From: an uncultured Thermoplasmata archaeon
Lineage (GTDB): Archaea; Thermoplasmatota; Thermoplasmata; RBG-16-68-12
Direction: 5' to 3'
Assembly: GCA_963768855.1 (NCBI GenBank)
Contig: CAVYJM010000006.1
Span: 832,001-896,000 of the forward strand
Length of the DNA stretch: 64,000 bases
Shown here: piece by piece, positions 39,589 to 49,225 of the stretch
How the letters are laid out: each line of letters starts with the position of its first letter
Numbering within the stretch: the first letter of the stretch is position 1
Notes under the pieces: model-generated
What the model saw: only the letters and a program-made list of their open reading frames with translations
Databases searched by the model: none
What the model was told of the DNA's origin: nothing
Program-made: the position numbers and the translations under genes

Positions 39589-39641
39589 CTTAAAAATCAC
39601 CGTTTCCGCTAAGCCATCACGGTTTTGGGGAGAAGGAGACC

Positions 39642-40574
39642 TTGGACCAGCTTGACTTCAGGATATTCAAATCCCTCGGCTACCAACCCTTCGGTCCAGA
39701 TGCCGGCGACCTATCGAGGCTGAACCCGTGGGTCATCGCCAAGAAGCTAGGAGCCGACGGAAACACGGTCAAGCTACGCCTGAACAAGATGAAGAAGAGC
39801 GGCTTCATCAAGTACTTCCAAATCTACCCTAACTACCGTGTGCTGGGGACCAACGGGGCTGCCTACCTCTTTCACGTGAGCGATGTCCTGGAGAAATACG
39901 ACACAATCGACAAGTGCGCGCTCGTCGACGGCGTCATGGAGATTCACAACTTCATCGGAACGGACATCTGCATCGACTTCACCTACGAGGACGGTAGGGA
40001 CGAGGAGCGAAGGCTGGAGCTGCTGCGCAGGCTGACCCGCTGCGATTCTCCGGAGAAGTTCTACGATCGCTTCATGCCACAAGTAGACGTGGAGCTGTCG
40101 AACGCGGACTGGCGGATCATCAAGGCCCTGAGGTACGATGCCTTCAAGCCATTGTCCAAGGTGGCCGAGGAGCTTGGGCTGACCGCACAGACCGTCCGCA
40201 AGCGATTCGAGAGGATGACTCAGCACAACGCGGTGTTCATCGTGCCCCTGGTGAACCCGGCCGAGATCGCTGACACAATCACCTACGTGATGTTGATGTA
40301 TCCATCGCCAGCCAAGCGCAAGGAGGCGATGGGTACGGCACTGAGGGAATTCGGGGACGCTTCCTTCCTGGTCAACGCGTCCTCGGAGGGGAACGCTATG
40401 CTGGCGCTCGCGGGGCGGACTCTTGCCGAGACGGAGGACAATCTGATCAAGGCAAGAAAGATCGAGGGCATGGACGACGTGAAGCTCCTCGTCCTCAGGG
40501 AGACGCGCGAGTACACGCAATGGATGGACTCCGCAATCGGCAAGAAAATCGCGGAGACTGCGAAAGCCCCGTAG
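39642..40574 (+). CDS. Lrp/AsnC-type regulator with tandem wHTH-RAM modules
   Basis: MDQLDFRIFKSL...IAKKLG..GNTVKLRLNKM and DWRIIKALRYDAFKPLSKVAEELGLTAQTVRKR. Confidence 0.82.
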   Translation: MDQLDFRIFKSLGYQPFGPDAGDLSRLNPWVIAKKLGADGNTVKLRLNKMKKSGFIKYFQIYPNYRVLGTNGAAYLFHVSDVLEKYDTIDKCALVDGVMEIHNFIGTDICIDFTYEDGRDEERRLELLRRLTRCDSPEKFYDRFMPQVDVELSNADWRIIKALRYDAFKPLSKVAEELGLTAQTVRKRFERMTQHNAVFIVPLVNPAEIADTITYVMLMYPSPAKRKEAMGTALREFGDASFLVNASSEGNAMLALAGRTLAETEDNLIKARKIEGMDDVKLLVLRETREYTQWMDSAIGKKIAETAKAP

Positions 40575-40967
40575 CAACCCGGCGTGGAAGGACGCCGAGA
40601 CAGCAGACACCGCGCAAAAACGCCCCTGAAGGTCGATGTTCGGTAGACCATGCCTTGCGTCGATTCCCCGGACCTCTCGATGGTTCGTGGCGCTCAGTCC
40701 GAGTTCTGCCGCACTGCTGCGGTTGACGTAGGTGGTCCCGGCCCCTGGGACTAAGGTGAACCGCAAGGCGCGAGGCCCATTCACGCGCACGGAGACGAAA
40801 ATGAGGTGGTCCTGCACATCCGGCGGGACTTCCGCCCGTTGCTTAGACTCGAACCGATCGCGCGTTGGCGTCGAGGACACGCCGCGGGGCTCCGGGGGCT
40901 CCAGGCATGCAGGCTCCAAGCCGCCTTGCCCGACCACGCCAAGGGCAGGCCCAGTCCTCGGCCGTGG

Positions 40968-41132
40968 CTAGCGTCCGAGCACGAGCGACCCGGAATGACA
41001 GCTGCAGTCGCAGGGCTGCATGACGCCGTTCTGCAGCACAAATCCGGAGCACTGGCGCGGGGATGTGGCCGTGTATCTCAACGAGGTCTCTTCGATGTCC
41101 TTGTGACCGCCCGCGCACCACGATGACATCAT
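40968..41132 (-). CDS. 54-aa Cys/His-rich micro-protein (below the ORF-track cutoff)
   Basis: MMSSWCAGGHKDIEETSLRYTATSPRQCSGFVLQNGVMQPCDCSCHSGSLVLGR. Confidence 0.6.
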   Translation of the reverse strand: MMSSWCAGGHKDIEETSLRYTATSPRQCSGFVLQNGVMQPCDCSCHSGSLVLGR

Positions 41133-41181
41133 AGAGGGCCACCCTTATAACTGGACTCGACCTTGAAAGCTCTCATCCTTG

Positions 41182-41337
41182 GGAACGGACGGGGCGGGAG
41201 CCGCCATCCCGATGCCGTGCCAGAATTCAAGATGGGATCCGAAACCCAGGTCACGCCGCAGAGTGGCTTCTCAAGCAAGTATATCAAGGATGGCGAGACC
41301 GTTAGCGGATGGCCAAGGGGAGAGCGCCCTCGGTCCC
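41182..41337 (+). repeat. att-like repeat copy C
   Basis: Gapless alignment to copy B; 77 of 102 identical over 41231-41332 vs 50102-50203; starts ACGGACGGGGCGGGA (12/15 to the tRNA end). Confidence 0.85.
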
Positions 41338-41613
41338 GGCCGGCGGCAGCTCTCGCAGTGGGGCGGGCATCTTACTCCTCTTCCTCCGGTCGCTGGGCCG
41401 CGCCTCGCTCCCGGCCTCACAGGTCAGCCCGGCCGTCGAACCCAGCAGACTGCCATCAACATGCCACTGCCACGGAAAAGTCCGGATGTGGCCTGGAAGG
41501 TGCTGCCCGTTCGCGGCAATCGTCACGCTGAACATGTCCCTCTCCTTAGGCCCCAGCGATTGCGTTGCGAGAGCCCTCGCGGTCTGTGCGCTCCTCGTTC
41601 TTGCGTGACGCAA

Positions 41614-42953
41614 CTACTGAGTCTCGTGTCGACGTCGGTGACGAGGATCCGCCAAGACCCATACCACAACCCCGACAAGAATGAACTCTCCGAGCACATA
41701 CAGCATCGCCATGCCGAACACGTCGGCAATGTTCCACGATCCCCACGCGCTCCCCACAACCCGAAGAGAATACTGCGTTGATGAAGAGCCAATGCCCACG
41801 ACTTGTCCGTAGGCAATGACGACGCCTCCCGCAGGCTGAAGCCCTATCGAGGTGCCCGCGTCGAGGGATGCTTGCGTTGCGACGGCGCGTCGCGACCATG
41901 ACCCCCCGGCGTTCGTCGCATACATGACGAGTCCGCTCTGGTAGTCGATGTAACTGAGATGGACGTTCCCGCTTGTATCAAGGACCAGGGAACAGGCAAT
42001 AGCCCCCCCACCTGGGCCACGAGCTCCTGTGTCCAGGTTCCGCTCACGTTCGTGGCATGAACGACGTAGGTTGTGTTAGTGGACTCATTGTAGGAGGTAT
42101 GGGCCGTGTGGACGCGACCGCGGGAATCGAGTGCTATCGGTGCAGGACTGTACATCCCGCCGGAGGAAGGGATGTAGGACAACCACGAAGCGGTCCAGGT
42201 TCCGCCCGAATTCGTAATGTAACGGATGAAATACAGGCCGAACGCCAGCGAGATGTGGACGCCACCTGAGGGCGACGCCGCAATCGCTAGATAACTGCCA
42301 CCCGTCAGATCCCCGTTCGTGGAGAACACGGTCGTATTCATCCAGGCTCCCTGCGCGTTGGTTGCATATCGAACGTCCGTGACGGACCCGTTCGTCCAGA
42401 GGTATGCCACGTGGACATGATCGGACCTGTCGACGGTTATCGCGGGATCGAGCGCGTGGTCATCGAGGGTTGTCGCAGACCAGGATCCTCCTGCGTTGGT
42501 CAGGTACCGGATCAATGCGAGCTCGCCGATATCCCTGCGGGGCGGAACCGCAGCTTCCACAACATGGAGATGGTCTTTCGAATCCTTTGCGAGACCCGCC
42601 TGCGTGACCCAGTTGACTTGATCGAGCGGAGTTAGGGTCCAAGTTCCGCGCGAGTTGGTTGCGTACAGGACCGAACCATTCGTGATCACCATGTGGAAAT
42701 TACCACTCGAGTCTACGACCAAGTCTGTCGCCCGGGTCCACTGGCTGAACACGGTACTGCCGGGCCAAGATCCCGCGATGCCGAAGACTCCCAGCGTGCC
42801 GGCGAAGACCAAAACCACCGCAATTGCGAATGCGCCAAACGGGTGACGCCGGATGAACCGCAGAGTCCGCGTGCCCGCGCCCGTGCGGGGTTCTTTCGCC
42901 GGAATGGGTCTTGCTGCCTCCGACGTTGAAACCCCTACAGTGGCGAGAGCCAC
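41614..42953 (-). CDS. Membrane-anchored beta-propeller-like repeat surface protein, frameshifted in a G7 run
   Basis: Repeats of (L/V)D..G..H.....Y(A/L)TN..G.W; frame changes at 42003-42009; N- and C-terminal TM helices; start uncertain. Confidence 0.75.
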
Positions 42954-43080
42954 CGGTCGTCTGCTTAACCTTTCGTATGTATCGCAGCGGGAGGGAGGAC
43001 CACGTTCACCCCAAACGGTGAATGACAAGTACGCCCCCTTCTGTTCGGCGTATGTTGTTCTACCTCGTTCCCCAACGCAT

Positions 43081-43106
43081 GAGACCCCCGCGGCCGCGGG
43101 GGTCTC
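43081..43106. repeat. Perfect 26-bp palindrome GAGACCCCCGCGGCCGCGGGGGTCTC
   Basis: Self-complementary over its full length; intergenic. Confidence 0.8.
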
Positions 43107-43226
43107 CCCTTACCACAGAGTCCTGCCGGTGTGATCGCGCCGCCGGCCGGCCGTGCGCCTCCCCGTTCTGACAGGCTGCCCGAATCACCTGATTCTGGCG
43201 CGTTCGCGCTCCATGATTTCGGGCTT

Positions 43227-43418
43227 CTACAGGCCGAAGAAGACGAAAACTGCAGCACAAAGACCGATGATGCTCCCGACGAGGATATCCATGGTTGTAG
43301 CAGCCGGGCTGGTCGGCCCAGATTTGGGGAGGACGACGTATCCGAGAATCATGCCTCCCCATATCCCAATAGCCATCGTGATGAGCAACAGCCTTTGTTC
43401 GTGCGGGGTGAGTATCAT
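43227..43418 (-). CDS. Small two-TM membrane protein
   Basis: LLLITMAIGIWGGMILGYVVL ... ILVGSIIGLCAAVFVFFGL. Confidence 0.7.
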   Translation of the reverse strand: MILTPHEQRLLLITMAIGIWGGMILGYVVLPKSGPTSPAATTMDILVGSIIGLCAAVFVFFGL

Positions 43419-43522
43419 GCCGAAACCCCGCATCCCCTCGTCCCGGCGTAGCCGTTCCGGCCGACTCGGGAACGACGGGGCGAGGCACCCCGCTCCGCTC
43501 TGGGGAGGCGTTTGCAGCCGTC

Positions 43523-43645
43523 TCACTTCACGCGCCGTTCAGTCGACCGAGCTCGATCCCGGCGTAGCCGTCCGCGCTTCCACTTTCGGCTCTTTTGTTG
43601 GCCACGCTCGGGGTTTCTGGAGCCTTTCCTTCCCTTTCCCGTCAT
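43523..43645 (-). CDS. Candidate 40-aa highly basic peptide
   Basis: MTGKGRKGSRNPERGQQKSRKWKRGRLRRDRARSTERRVK; TTAAG about 30 nt upstream. Confidence 0.35.
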   Translation of the reverse strand: MTGKGRKGSRNPERGQQKSRKWKRGRLRRDRARSTERRVK

Positions 43646-43730
43646 CGTTGGGTCAGCAGGTGACCTCGTCACTTAAGGGTATGGACGAGATCTTCGGGAC
43701 GAATCCAGTAATCGACGCGGCTTTCGCCGC

Positions 43731-44066
43731 TCACCAAAGGACCCCGCGCAGCCTCAGTCGCTCCACGAGATCCCGGAACCTCGCGCGATTGAACCGACGA
43801 TATCGCTCGCCCTCGTTGAACAGGACGGCCTTCACCTGCTCCGGGCTATGCGAGTCCAGGATCGTCCGCACCGATGTGTCGGCGTCCTGGCGACCTTGCA
43901 GGTACGCGACGACGGCCTCGTTCAAATGCCGATACGACCCCTCGAGCGGTGCTGGCTGTCGCGTCACAATCTCCCCGTTCCTGCCAGCGATTTGTGCCGA
44001 TAAGGCACCGTCCGGGAGGGGTGGGCGAAAGTGCACGAGCGCGAGCACCTTTCTCGCGATGGTCAT
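43731..44066 (-). CDS. Hypothetical protein, 111 aa
   Basis: Starts 3 nt after the upstream stop; natural composition. Confidence 0.65.
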   Translation of the reverse strand: MTIARKVLALVHFRPPLPDGALSAQIAGRNGEIVTRQPAPLEGSYRHLNEAVVAYLQGRQDADTSVRTILDSHSPEQVKAVLFNEGERYRRFNRARFRDLVERLRLRGVLW

Positions 44067-44069
44067 GTG

Positions 44070-44711
44070 CTACCGCGAGGCCATCACTTTCGTAATTGCC
44101 TCGACGACATCGGTCGGGCGGGCAACGGCTCCGCAGTATTGACACTTGGTGAGGGCCTCCGGAGACATCGTTCCCGTGATCGCGGAAGGACTACGACAGA
44201 CGGGGCATGTGTAGCTCGCCGATACGCCCATGGTCCTGAGCTGCTCCAGAAGGTCGTTTACGTTGACATGGACCTGCGTACTGACTTGGCGACGTCCCGC
44301 CCGTCGGACCTCGCCAGCTTCCTTGTGCATCCCCAGGCTCTCGTAGATCTTGGCTGCGTCCTCGTGTCGCTCCGCGCTGATGTAGTTGATCGCAGAGGCG
44401 AGAGCCCACTTGCGTTTGTGGTCCGAGATCATCCGGCCGACCCGGTCCAGGAAGGCCGGTCCGAGCGCCACTCCTTCGAACATCCACGTCGAACCCCATG
44501 CGACGACCTGTGCGCCGCTCGAGACGCGGTATGATGCCCAGGCGTCGAAACATCCCGTTGAACAGCTCGCCCAGGGCTCCCACTTGCCCGTAGGCTGCAT
44601 GGTGTGACCGACGACGAGGAGGCAGTTCTTGCAGGCTGTCCTACCGCAGGTCCTGCATTGCTGGGGGCCGAGGAGGAGACCCGAAGCACCGCAACTGGGA
44701 CATGTCCCCAA
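44070..44711 (-). CDS. Multi-zinc-ribbon protein with a TPR-like helical segment
   Basis: Six CxxC/CxxxC pairs (CPSC, CRTC, CKNC, CSTGC, CPVC, CQYC); EDAAKIYESLGMHKEAGEVRR. Confidence 0.75.
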   Translation of the reverse strand: MGTCPSCGASGLLLGPQQCRTCGRTACKNCLLVVGHTMQPTGKWEPWASCSTGCFDAWASYRVSSGAQVVAWGSTWMFEGVALGPAFLDRVGRMISDHKRKWALASAINYISAERHEDAAKIYESLGMHKEAGEVRRAGRRQVSTQVHVNVNDLLEQLRTMGVSASYTCPVCRSPSAITGTMSPEALTKCQYCGAVARPTDVVEAITKVMASR

Positions 44712-44946
44712 GCCCTTGTTCCCTCCAGAGAGTGAGACACCTGTGGGGATTCAATGGTTTCGGTTGAGTTCCCACCGAGGACGACCCAAAACCCCAAGCT
44801 TGCGACCAGGGGAACGGGCCGTCGCACCGCTCTCGCGCGGCGGGCGCATTGCGATGCCCACATCGGGCATGATCGACTCTCGCCGCGCGAGCGTCACAAT
44901 TCGGTGAACCGAAAGGATGAAAGCGCAAGGCGCAGTCCTAGCGGCG

Positions 44947-45921
44947 ATGCCTAGAGACAAAGTCCTCGATTGGCTCCTCGAACCGGACCAGCCGTCTGTT
45001 CGCTATCACACACTGATTGACCTACTGGGGCGCAAGCAAGACGACCCGGAAGTGAAAGCAGCGTACTCGACGATCCCTCGAGTTGGTTGGGCTCATGACC
45101 TTCTGAGAACCCAGAAGCCCAAGGGGTACTGGGAGGCCCATGAGCCGAGGACGGTCCGGGAGTGGGTCCGGTTCCTCCGCTTCCCCCTGTACGACTCGTC
45201 GATTTGGAAAGGGATCGTCCTCTCCGACCTCGGCCTCACGGCGACCGACCCGCGGATTCGAAGGCTCGCCGACCTCGTCTTCGAGTACAAGCTGCACCTC
45301 AGCTCAGAGGTGAACCTCTTCACGGAGGAGGTCTGCATCGTCGGGAACGTCGCGCGCATGCTGACACGGTTCGGGTACGGCGACGATCGCCGGGTCCGGA
45401 AGCTCTACGACTGGATGATCGAGGACCAGCGGGAGGACGGGGGCTGGAACTGCGCCGCCAGTAAGCCCGGGACCCTTGACTGCTGGGAGGCGTTGGCCGC
45501 GTTCGCGACGATTCCGAAGGCGAATCGGACCGCCGCGATGGAGCGGGCGATCTCGAGAGGGGCGGACTTCTATCTCGAGCGGAAGCTCTTCGAGGAGGGG
45601 CGACGGTACGCTCCTTGGTTCCGGTTCCATTACCCAACGCATTACTACTACGACGTCCTGGTAGGGCTCGACGTCCTCACGGGGCTCGGATACGCCAGGG
45701 ATCGTCGCCTCAAGCCCGCCCTCCAGATCCTTCGCGAGAAGCGACGGAGCGACGGGACCTGGGTCCTCGACCGGGTTCATCCCGACGAAGGGCCGGGAAG
45801 CGGTCACGGGGCCGCCGCGAGGAAAGTAAAACCGCTCGCGCTGGAGCGGGCGGGGGAACCGAGCAAGTGGATCACGCTCACGGCCCTTCGGGTCTTTAAG
45901 CGGGTGGAGGACGCGAGGTGA
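44947..45921 (+). CDS. Prenyltransferase/squalene-cyclase-repeat (alpha-alpha toroid) hypothetical protein
   Basis: DQREDGGWNC, KRRSDGTW QW-like motifs, F.YPTHYYYDVL..L. Confidence 0.7.
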   Translation: MPRDKVLDWLLEPDQPSVRYHTLIDLLGRKQDDPEVKAAYSTIPRVGWAHDLLRTQKPKGYWEAHEPRTVREWVRFLRFPLYDSSIWKGIVLSDLGLTATDPRIRRLADLVFEYKLHLSSEVNLFTEEVCIVGNVARMLTRFGYGDDRRVRKLYDWMIEDQREDGGWNCAASKPGTLDCWEALAAFATIPKANRTAAMERAISRGADFYLERKLFEEGRRYAPWFRFHYPTHYYYDVLVGLDVLTGLGYARDRRLKPALQILREKRRSDGTWVLDRVHPDEGPGSGHGAAARKVKPLALERAGEPSKWITLTALRVFKRVEDAR

Positions 45922-45942
45922 CGCGATGTCCCGCGGAAAGCT

Positions 45943-46647
45943 TCAGTCCGAGGAGAGGGCCATGAGATCCTTGGCCAGCTCGTCCGGCTTCGTGATCATC
46001 GGCCAGTGACCCGTGTCGATGACCTTGTGCGGACCTTCGAGCTTCCCCCACTTCCCCGCGATAATCTCGTCGACGGGATCCCCGCTGAGGCTGCAGAAGA
46101 TGTACGCCTCCTTCACGCCGTCGTAGTTCTTGGACAGCGTGATCGGGTCCGTTGCGAGTTTGAGCGGCCAAGGCGTCGCCAGGGACATCATCCGCTTCAG
46201 GTTCGTTCCCTGGACGTCGCTCCCGATGCGGGCCACAATCTCCTCGGTGAGGGGGATCCCGTAGGCGCCTGGAGGTGGCGGTCCGAACTCGCCGGAGGGG
46301 TCGAACCCGCCTTGTGGGGTCCTCACCCTCTCCGGGCGGAAGGCGTCCACGTAAATCACCTTGCGGACCTTGTCGTGCGCGCGATCCGCCATGGCCGCGG
46401 CCACCTTGCCCGCGAAGCTGTGTCCGACCAACACGAAGTCATCGAGCTCCTCGTAGTTGACCGCGTTCAGGACATCCTGGATCGCGATCTCAATGCCGAC
46501 GTCCCTCGAGGCCAGGTGCACCCGGTCGCCCATTCCGGTCAAGGTGATAGGATATACGGAGTGCCCCTTCTTCTCGAGGAAGGGTGTCACCTGCCGCCAC
46601 GCCCAAGCCCCCAACCATGCACCCGGAACCAAGACGAACCGCGCCAT
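45943..46647 (-). CDS. Alpha/beta hydrolase (methylesterase/salicylate esterase-like)
   Basis: FVLVPGAWLGAWAW, LVGHSFAG nucleophile elbow, DTGHWPM. Confidence 0.88.
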   Translation of the reverse strand: MARFVLVPGAWLGAWAWRQVTPFLEKKGHSVYPITLTGMGDRVHLASRDVGIEIAIQDVLNAVNYEELDDFVLVGHSFAGKVAAAMADRAHDKVRKVIYVDAFRPERVRTPQGGFDPSGEFGPPPPGAYGIPLTEEIVARIGSDVQGTNLKRMMSLATPWPLKLATDPITLSKNYDGVKEAYIFCSLSGDPVDEIIAGKWGKLEGPHKVIDTGHWPMITKPDELAKDLMALSSD

Positions 46648-46816
46648 ACGGGAGTGTCACCGCGGTTCTCTATTTAAGGCCGCCCTAGAGGAGGCAAAAC
46701 GCGGCCGAGGCTGATTCCCGACCTGGCCACCGAGTGCTGCGAGGGCCACGCCCGCGCGCGAAGAACGGGTGGATGTTAAGTACGGAATCCGTTTTCGCGG
46801 GCGTGAGGGCGTGACC

Positions 46817-47287
46817 ATGAAACCTTCGAAGAAGGACACGCAGAAGCCTGCCAAGAGTACCACCGGGACCGGCAACAAGTCCAAGGGATTCACGGAAGAG
46901 GAACGAGCCGCGATGCGGGAGCGCGCCCGAGAGCTGAAGGCGGGCGCGGGCGAGGTGGACGGGGAAAGCGCCGTGCTCGCGAAGATCGCCGCGATGCCGG
47001 CACCGGATCGCGCCCTGGGCGAGCGGCTCCATGCCATCGTCAGATCCAACGCACCCGTCCTCGTGCCGAGACTCTGGTACGGGATGCCCGCGTATGCCAA
47101 GGACGGCAAGGTCGTTTGCCACTACCAGAACGCGGCGAAGTTCAAGACGCGGTACGGGACGCTCGGCTTCAGCGACAAGGCGCACCTCGACGAGGGCCCC
47201 GTCTGGCCGGTGGCCTTCGCGTTGACGGAGTTGACGCCCGCCGACGAGGCGAGGATTGCCGCGCTCGTGAAGAAAGCGGTGAGCTGA
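46817..47287 (+). CDS. DUF1801 (YdhG-like) protein
   Basis: [39 protein letters not shown]. Confidence 0.82.
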   Translation: MKPSKKDTQKPAKSTTGTGNKSKGFTEEERAAMRERARELKAGAGEVDGESAVLAKIAAMPAPDRALGERLHAIVRSNAPVLVPRLWYGMPAYAKDGKVVCHYQNAAKFKTRYGTLGFSDKAHLDEGPVWPVAFALTELTPADEARIAALVKKAVS

Positions 47288-47289
47288 GG

Positions 47290-47715
47290 ATGAAGGTAAG
47301 TACGAGTCGTCACCAGAGTGGCGAGTCTGCCTCCCACTTGACAGACGACAGAATCAGGGGGACGAGTGACTGGCGGGGCAAGACCCTATCGCATCTGCGA
47401 GATGTGATCCAGCGAGCAGACCCTGCCGTGGTCGAAGAAGTGAAGTGGAGGAAACCCAGCAACCCGGCGGGAGTCCCCGTCTGGTCCCACGACGGAATAA
47501 TCTGTATCGGAGACACGCTCAAGAAATCCGTGAGGCTGACGTTCCCAAAAGGCGCTCAGATTGAGGATCCAAAGACGCTTTTCAACGCGAGACTGGAAGG
47601 CAACACGGTTCGCGCCATCGACGTCCACGAAGGCGATACTATAGACGAGGCCGCGTTGGAGGCGCTCATTCTCGAAGCTGTTGGTCTGAACACATCGGAA
47701 GTTCGCGAGCGATAG
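47290..47715 (+). CDS. DUF1801 (YdhG-like) protein, second family member
   Basis: DWRGKTL, EEVKWRKP...GVPVWSHDGIIC, LTFPKGA...DP..LFN. Confidence 0.82.
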   Translation: MKVSTSRHQSGESASHLTDDRIRGTSDWRGKTLSHLRDVIQRADPAVVEEVKWRKPSNPAGVPVWSHDGIICIGDTLKKSVRLTFPKGAQIEDPKTLFNARLEGNTVRAIDVHEGDTIDEAALEALILEAVGLNTSEVRER

Positions 47716-47962
47716 GCTCACGTCGAGGCAGACTGTGCGGGAGCGCTCAGCTCTCTGGCCCGCCCGATGGTGCCTTTCACGGGTGTCCACATAAACTCCA
47801 TCTGCGAGTGGCGGGATCCCTCCCCGCGGCGCCACGGCTGAGCCGGCAATCCCTTCCTCCTTCGAAGATGAGAGCGCTCTGCGGCCCCAGGGCGTTTCTC
47901 CCGTAGATACGCGTTGACCTTTGAGCGCTGGATTCATCTGCACGCCCCGATCTTCCTCCAGT

Positions 47963-48025
47963 GGAACGGACCCGGTGGGAGCCGGTGCCCAAATGCCGTG
48001 TTGATCTCTCAAATGGGATTCGAAA
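47963..48025 (+). repeat. att-like repeat copy A
   Basis: ACGGACCCGGTGGGA at 47966-47980 is identical to 54913-54927 (tRNA 3' end); gapless to copies B and C through ATGGGATTCGAAA; weak similarity continues to about 48080. Confidence 0.85.
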
Positions 48026-48304
48026 GGCCTTCTCGGGAGAATGAGACTACTTGAGGACCTCCTTAAAGGAGGCGCGACGGACTGCCATTTTCGTATCACG
48101 CAGGGCATCACTCGCTTCCGTCACCTCACGGATCGGGCGCATTATCCAAACATCACAAATCGCACCGGTACGAACAGCCCGACGGCCCTCAGTTCCCGGT
48201 GAGAGAGCGCCCTTTTATATGCGAACAGTCTAGTCCCGTCTGGTGTCTGCGCGGGGGAGACCCCTGCCGGGAACCGCGCAGATCGTGCGCCGCGGTGATG
48301 TGTT

Positions 48305-49225
48305 TTGATTGAGACTGAATCCCTCACCAAGAAGTTCGACGGCCTGACTGCCGTGGACGGTTTGACCTTCCGGGTCCAAGATGGTGAGGTCTTCGGCCTC
48401 CTGGGGCCCAATGGAGCCGGCAAAACGACCACGGTCAGAATGCTCTGCTGCCTCATCTCGAAAACGAGCGGCGAGGCGAGGATTGGGGACTATGTCGTCG
48501 GGAGCGACGTCGACTCACCGAAGATCCGGAAGATGATCGGGCTCGTGCCCGACAACGTCGGCCTCTACGAGAACATGACAGCTTACGACAACCTGGATTT
48601 CTACGGCCAGCTGTACGACCTCGCGGAGGCGGATCGGAGAGCGAACATCCGGCGGTTCCTCACCATGCTCGGACTGTGGGAGAAGAGGGACGTCGCGGCT
48701 GGGACATTCTCAAAAGGGATGAAACAGAAGCTTGCAATCGCCCGTGCCTTAATCCATGAGCCCGAAGTGCTGTTCTTGGATGAGCCGACCGTCAACCTGG
48801 ACCCGGAGTCGGCGAAGACAGTCCGGGACTTCCTCCTGGAACTGAAGAAGCAGAAGAAGACCATCTTTCTGAACACGCACAACCTCGACGAGGCCCAGAG
48901 GGTCTGCGACCGGATCGCGATCCTGAACACGCGGCTCATGGCCCTGGGTTCTCCCGCGGAGCTCGAGCGGTCCGTGGGGGGCCGGAAGACGGTCGTCCAA
49001 CTGACACAGGTGACCGACGCGATTTTGGGCGCATTAAGGAAGCTATCGGTCGTGAATCTGGCCGTGGACGGCAGTCGTCTAGTCATCGACGTGGTGGATC
49101 CGGAGAAGGAGAACCCGGCAATCCTCCGCGCCATATTTGAGGCGGGGGGCGTCGTCCAGTCTGCATCTGTGTCGTCCTCAACCCTGGAGGACGCGTATCT
49201 GAAACTGGTGAGGGAGAAGACGTGA
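48305..49225 (+). CDS. ABC-2 type transporter ATP-binding protein
   Basis: GPNGAGKT, FSKGMKQK, FLDEPT, NTH; TTTTATAT promoter near 48213. Confidence 0.9.
   Translation: MIETESLTKKFDGLTAVDGLTFRVQDGEVFGLLGPNGAGKTTTVRMLCCLISKTSGEARIGDYVVGSDVDSPKIRKMIGLVPDNVGLYENMTAYDNLDFYGQLYDLAEADRRANIRRFLTMLGLWEKRDVAAGTFSKGMKQKLAIARALIHEPEVLFLDEPTVNLDPESAKTVRDFLLELKKQKKTIFLNTHNLDEAQRVCDRIAILNTRLMALGSPAELERSVGGRKTVVQLTQVTDAILGALRKLSVVNLAVDGSRLVIDVVDPEKENPAILRAIFEAGGVVQSASVSSSTLEDAYLKLVREKT

Noticed and set aside
41163-41781. ORFs overlapping repeat C as an SSV-type split integrase fragment
   Set aside because: No R-H-R-Y tyrosine recombinase motifs, and repeat mismatches show no third-position bias; a very decayed remnant cannot be fully excluded
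44741-44775. GTGGGGATTCAA as another tRNA-derived att site
   Set aside because: Short imperfect match with none of the flanking conserved blocks
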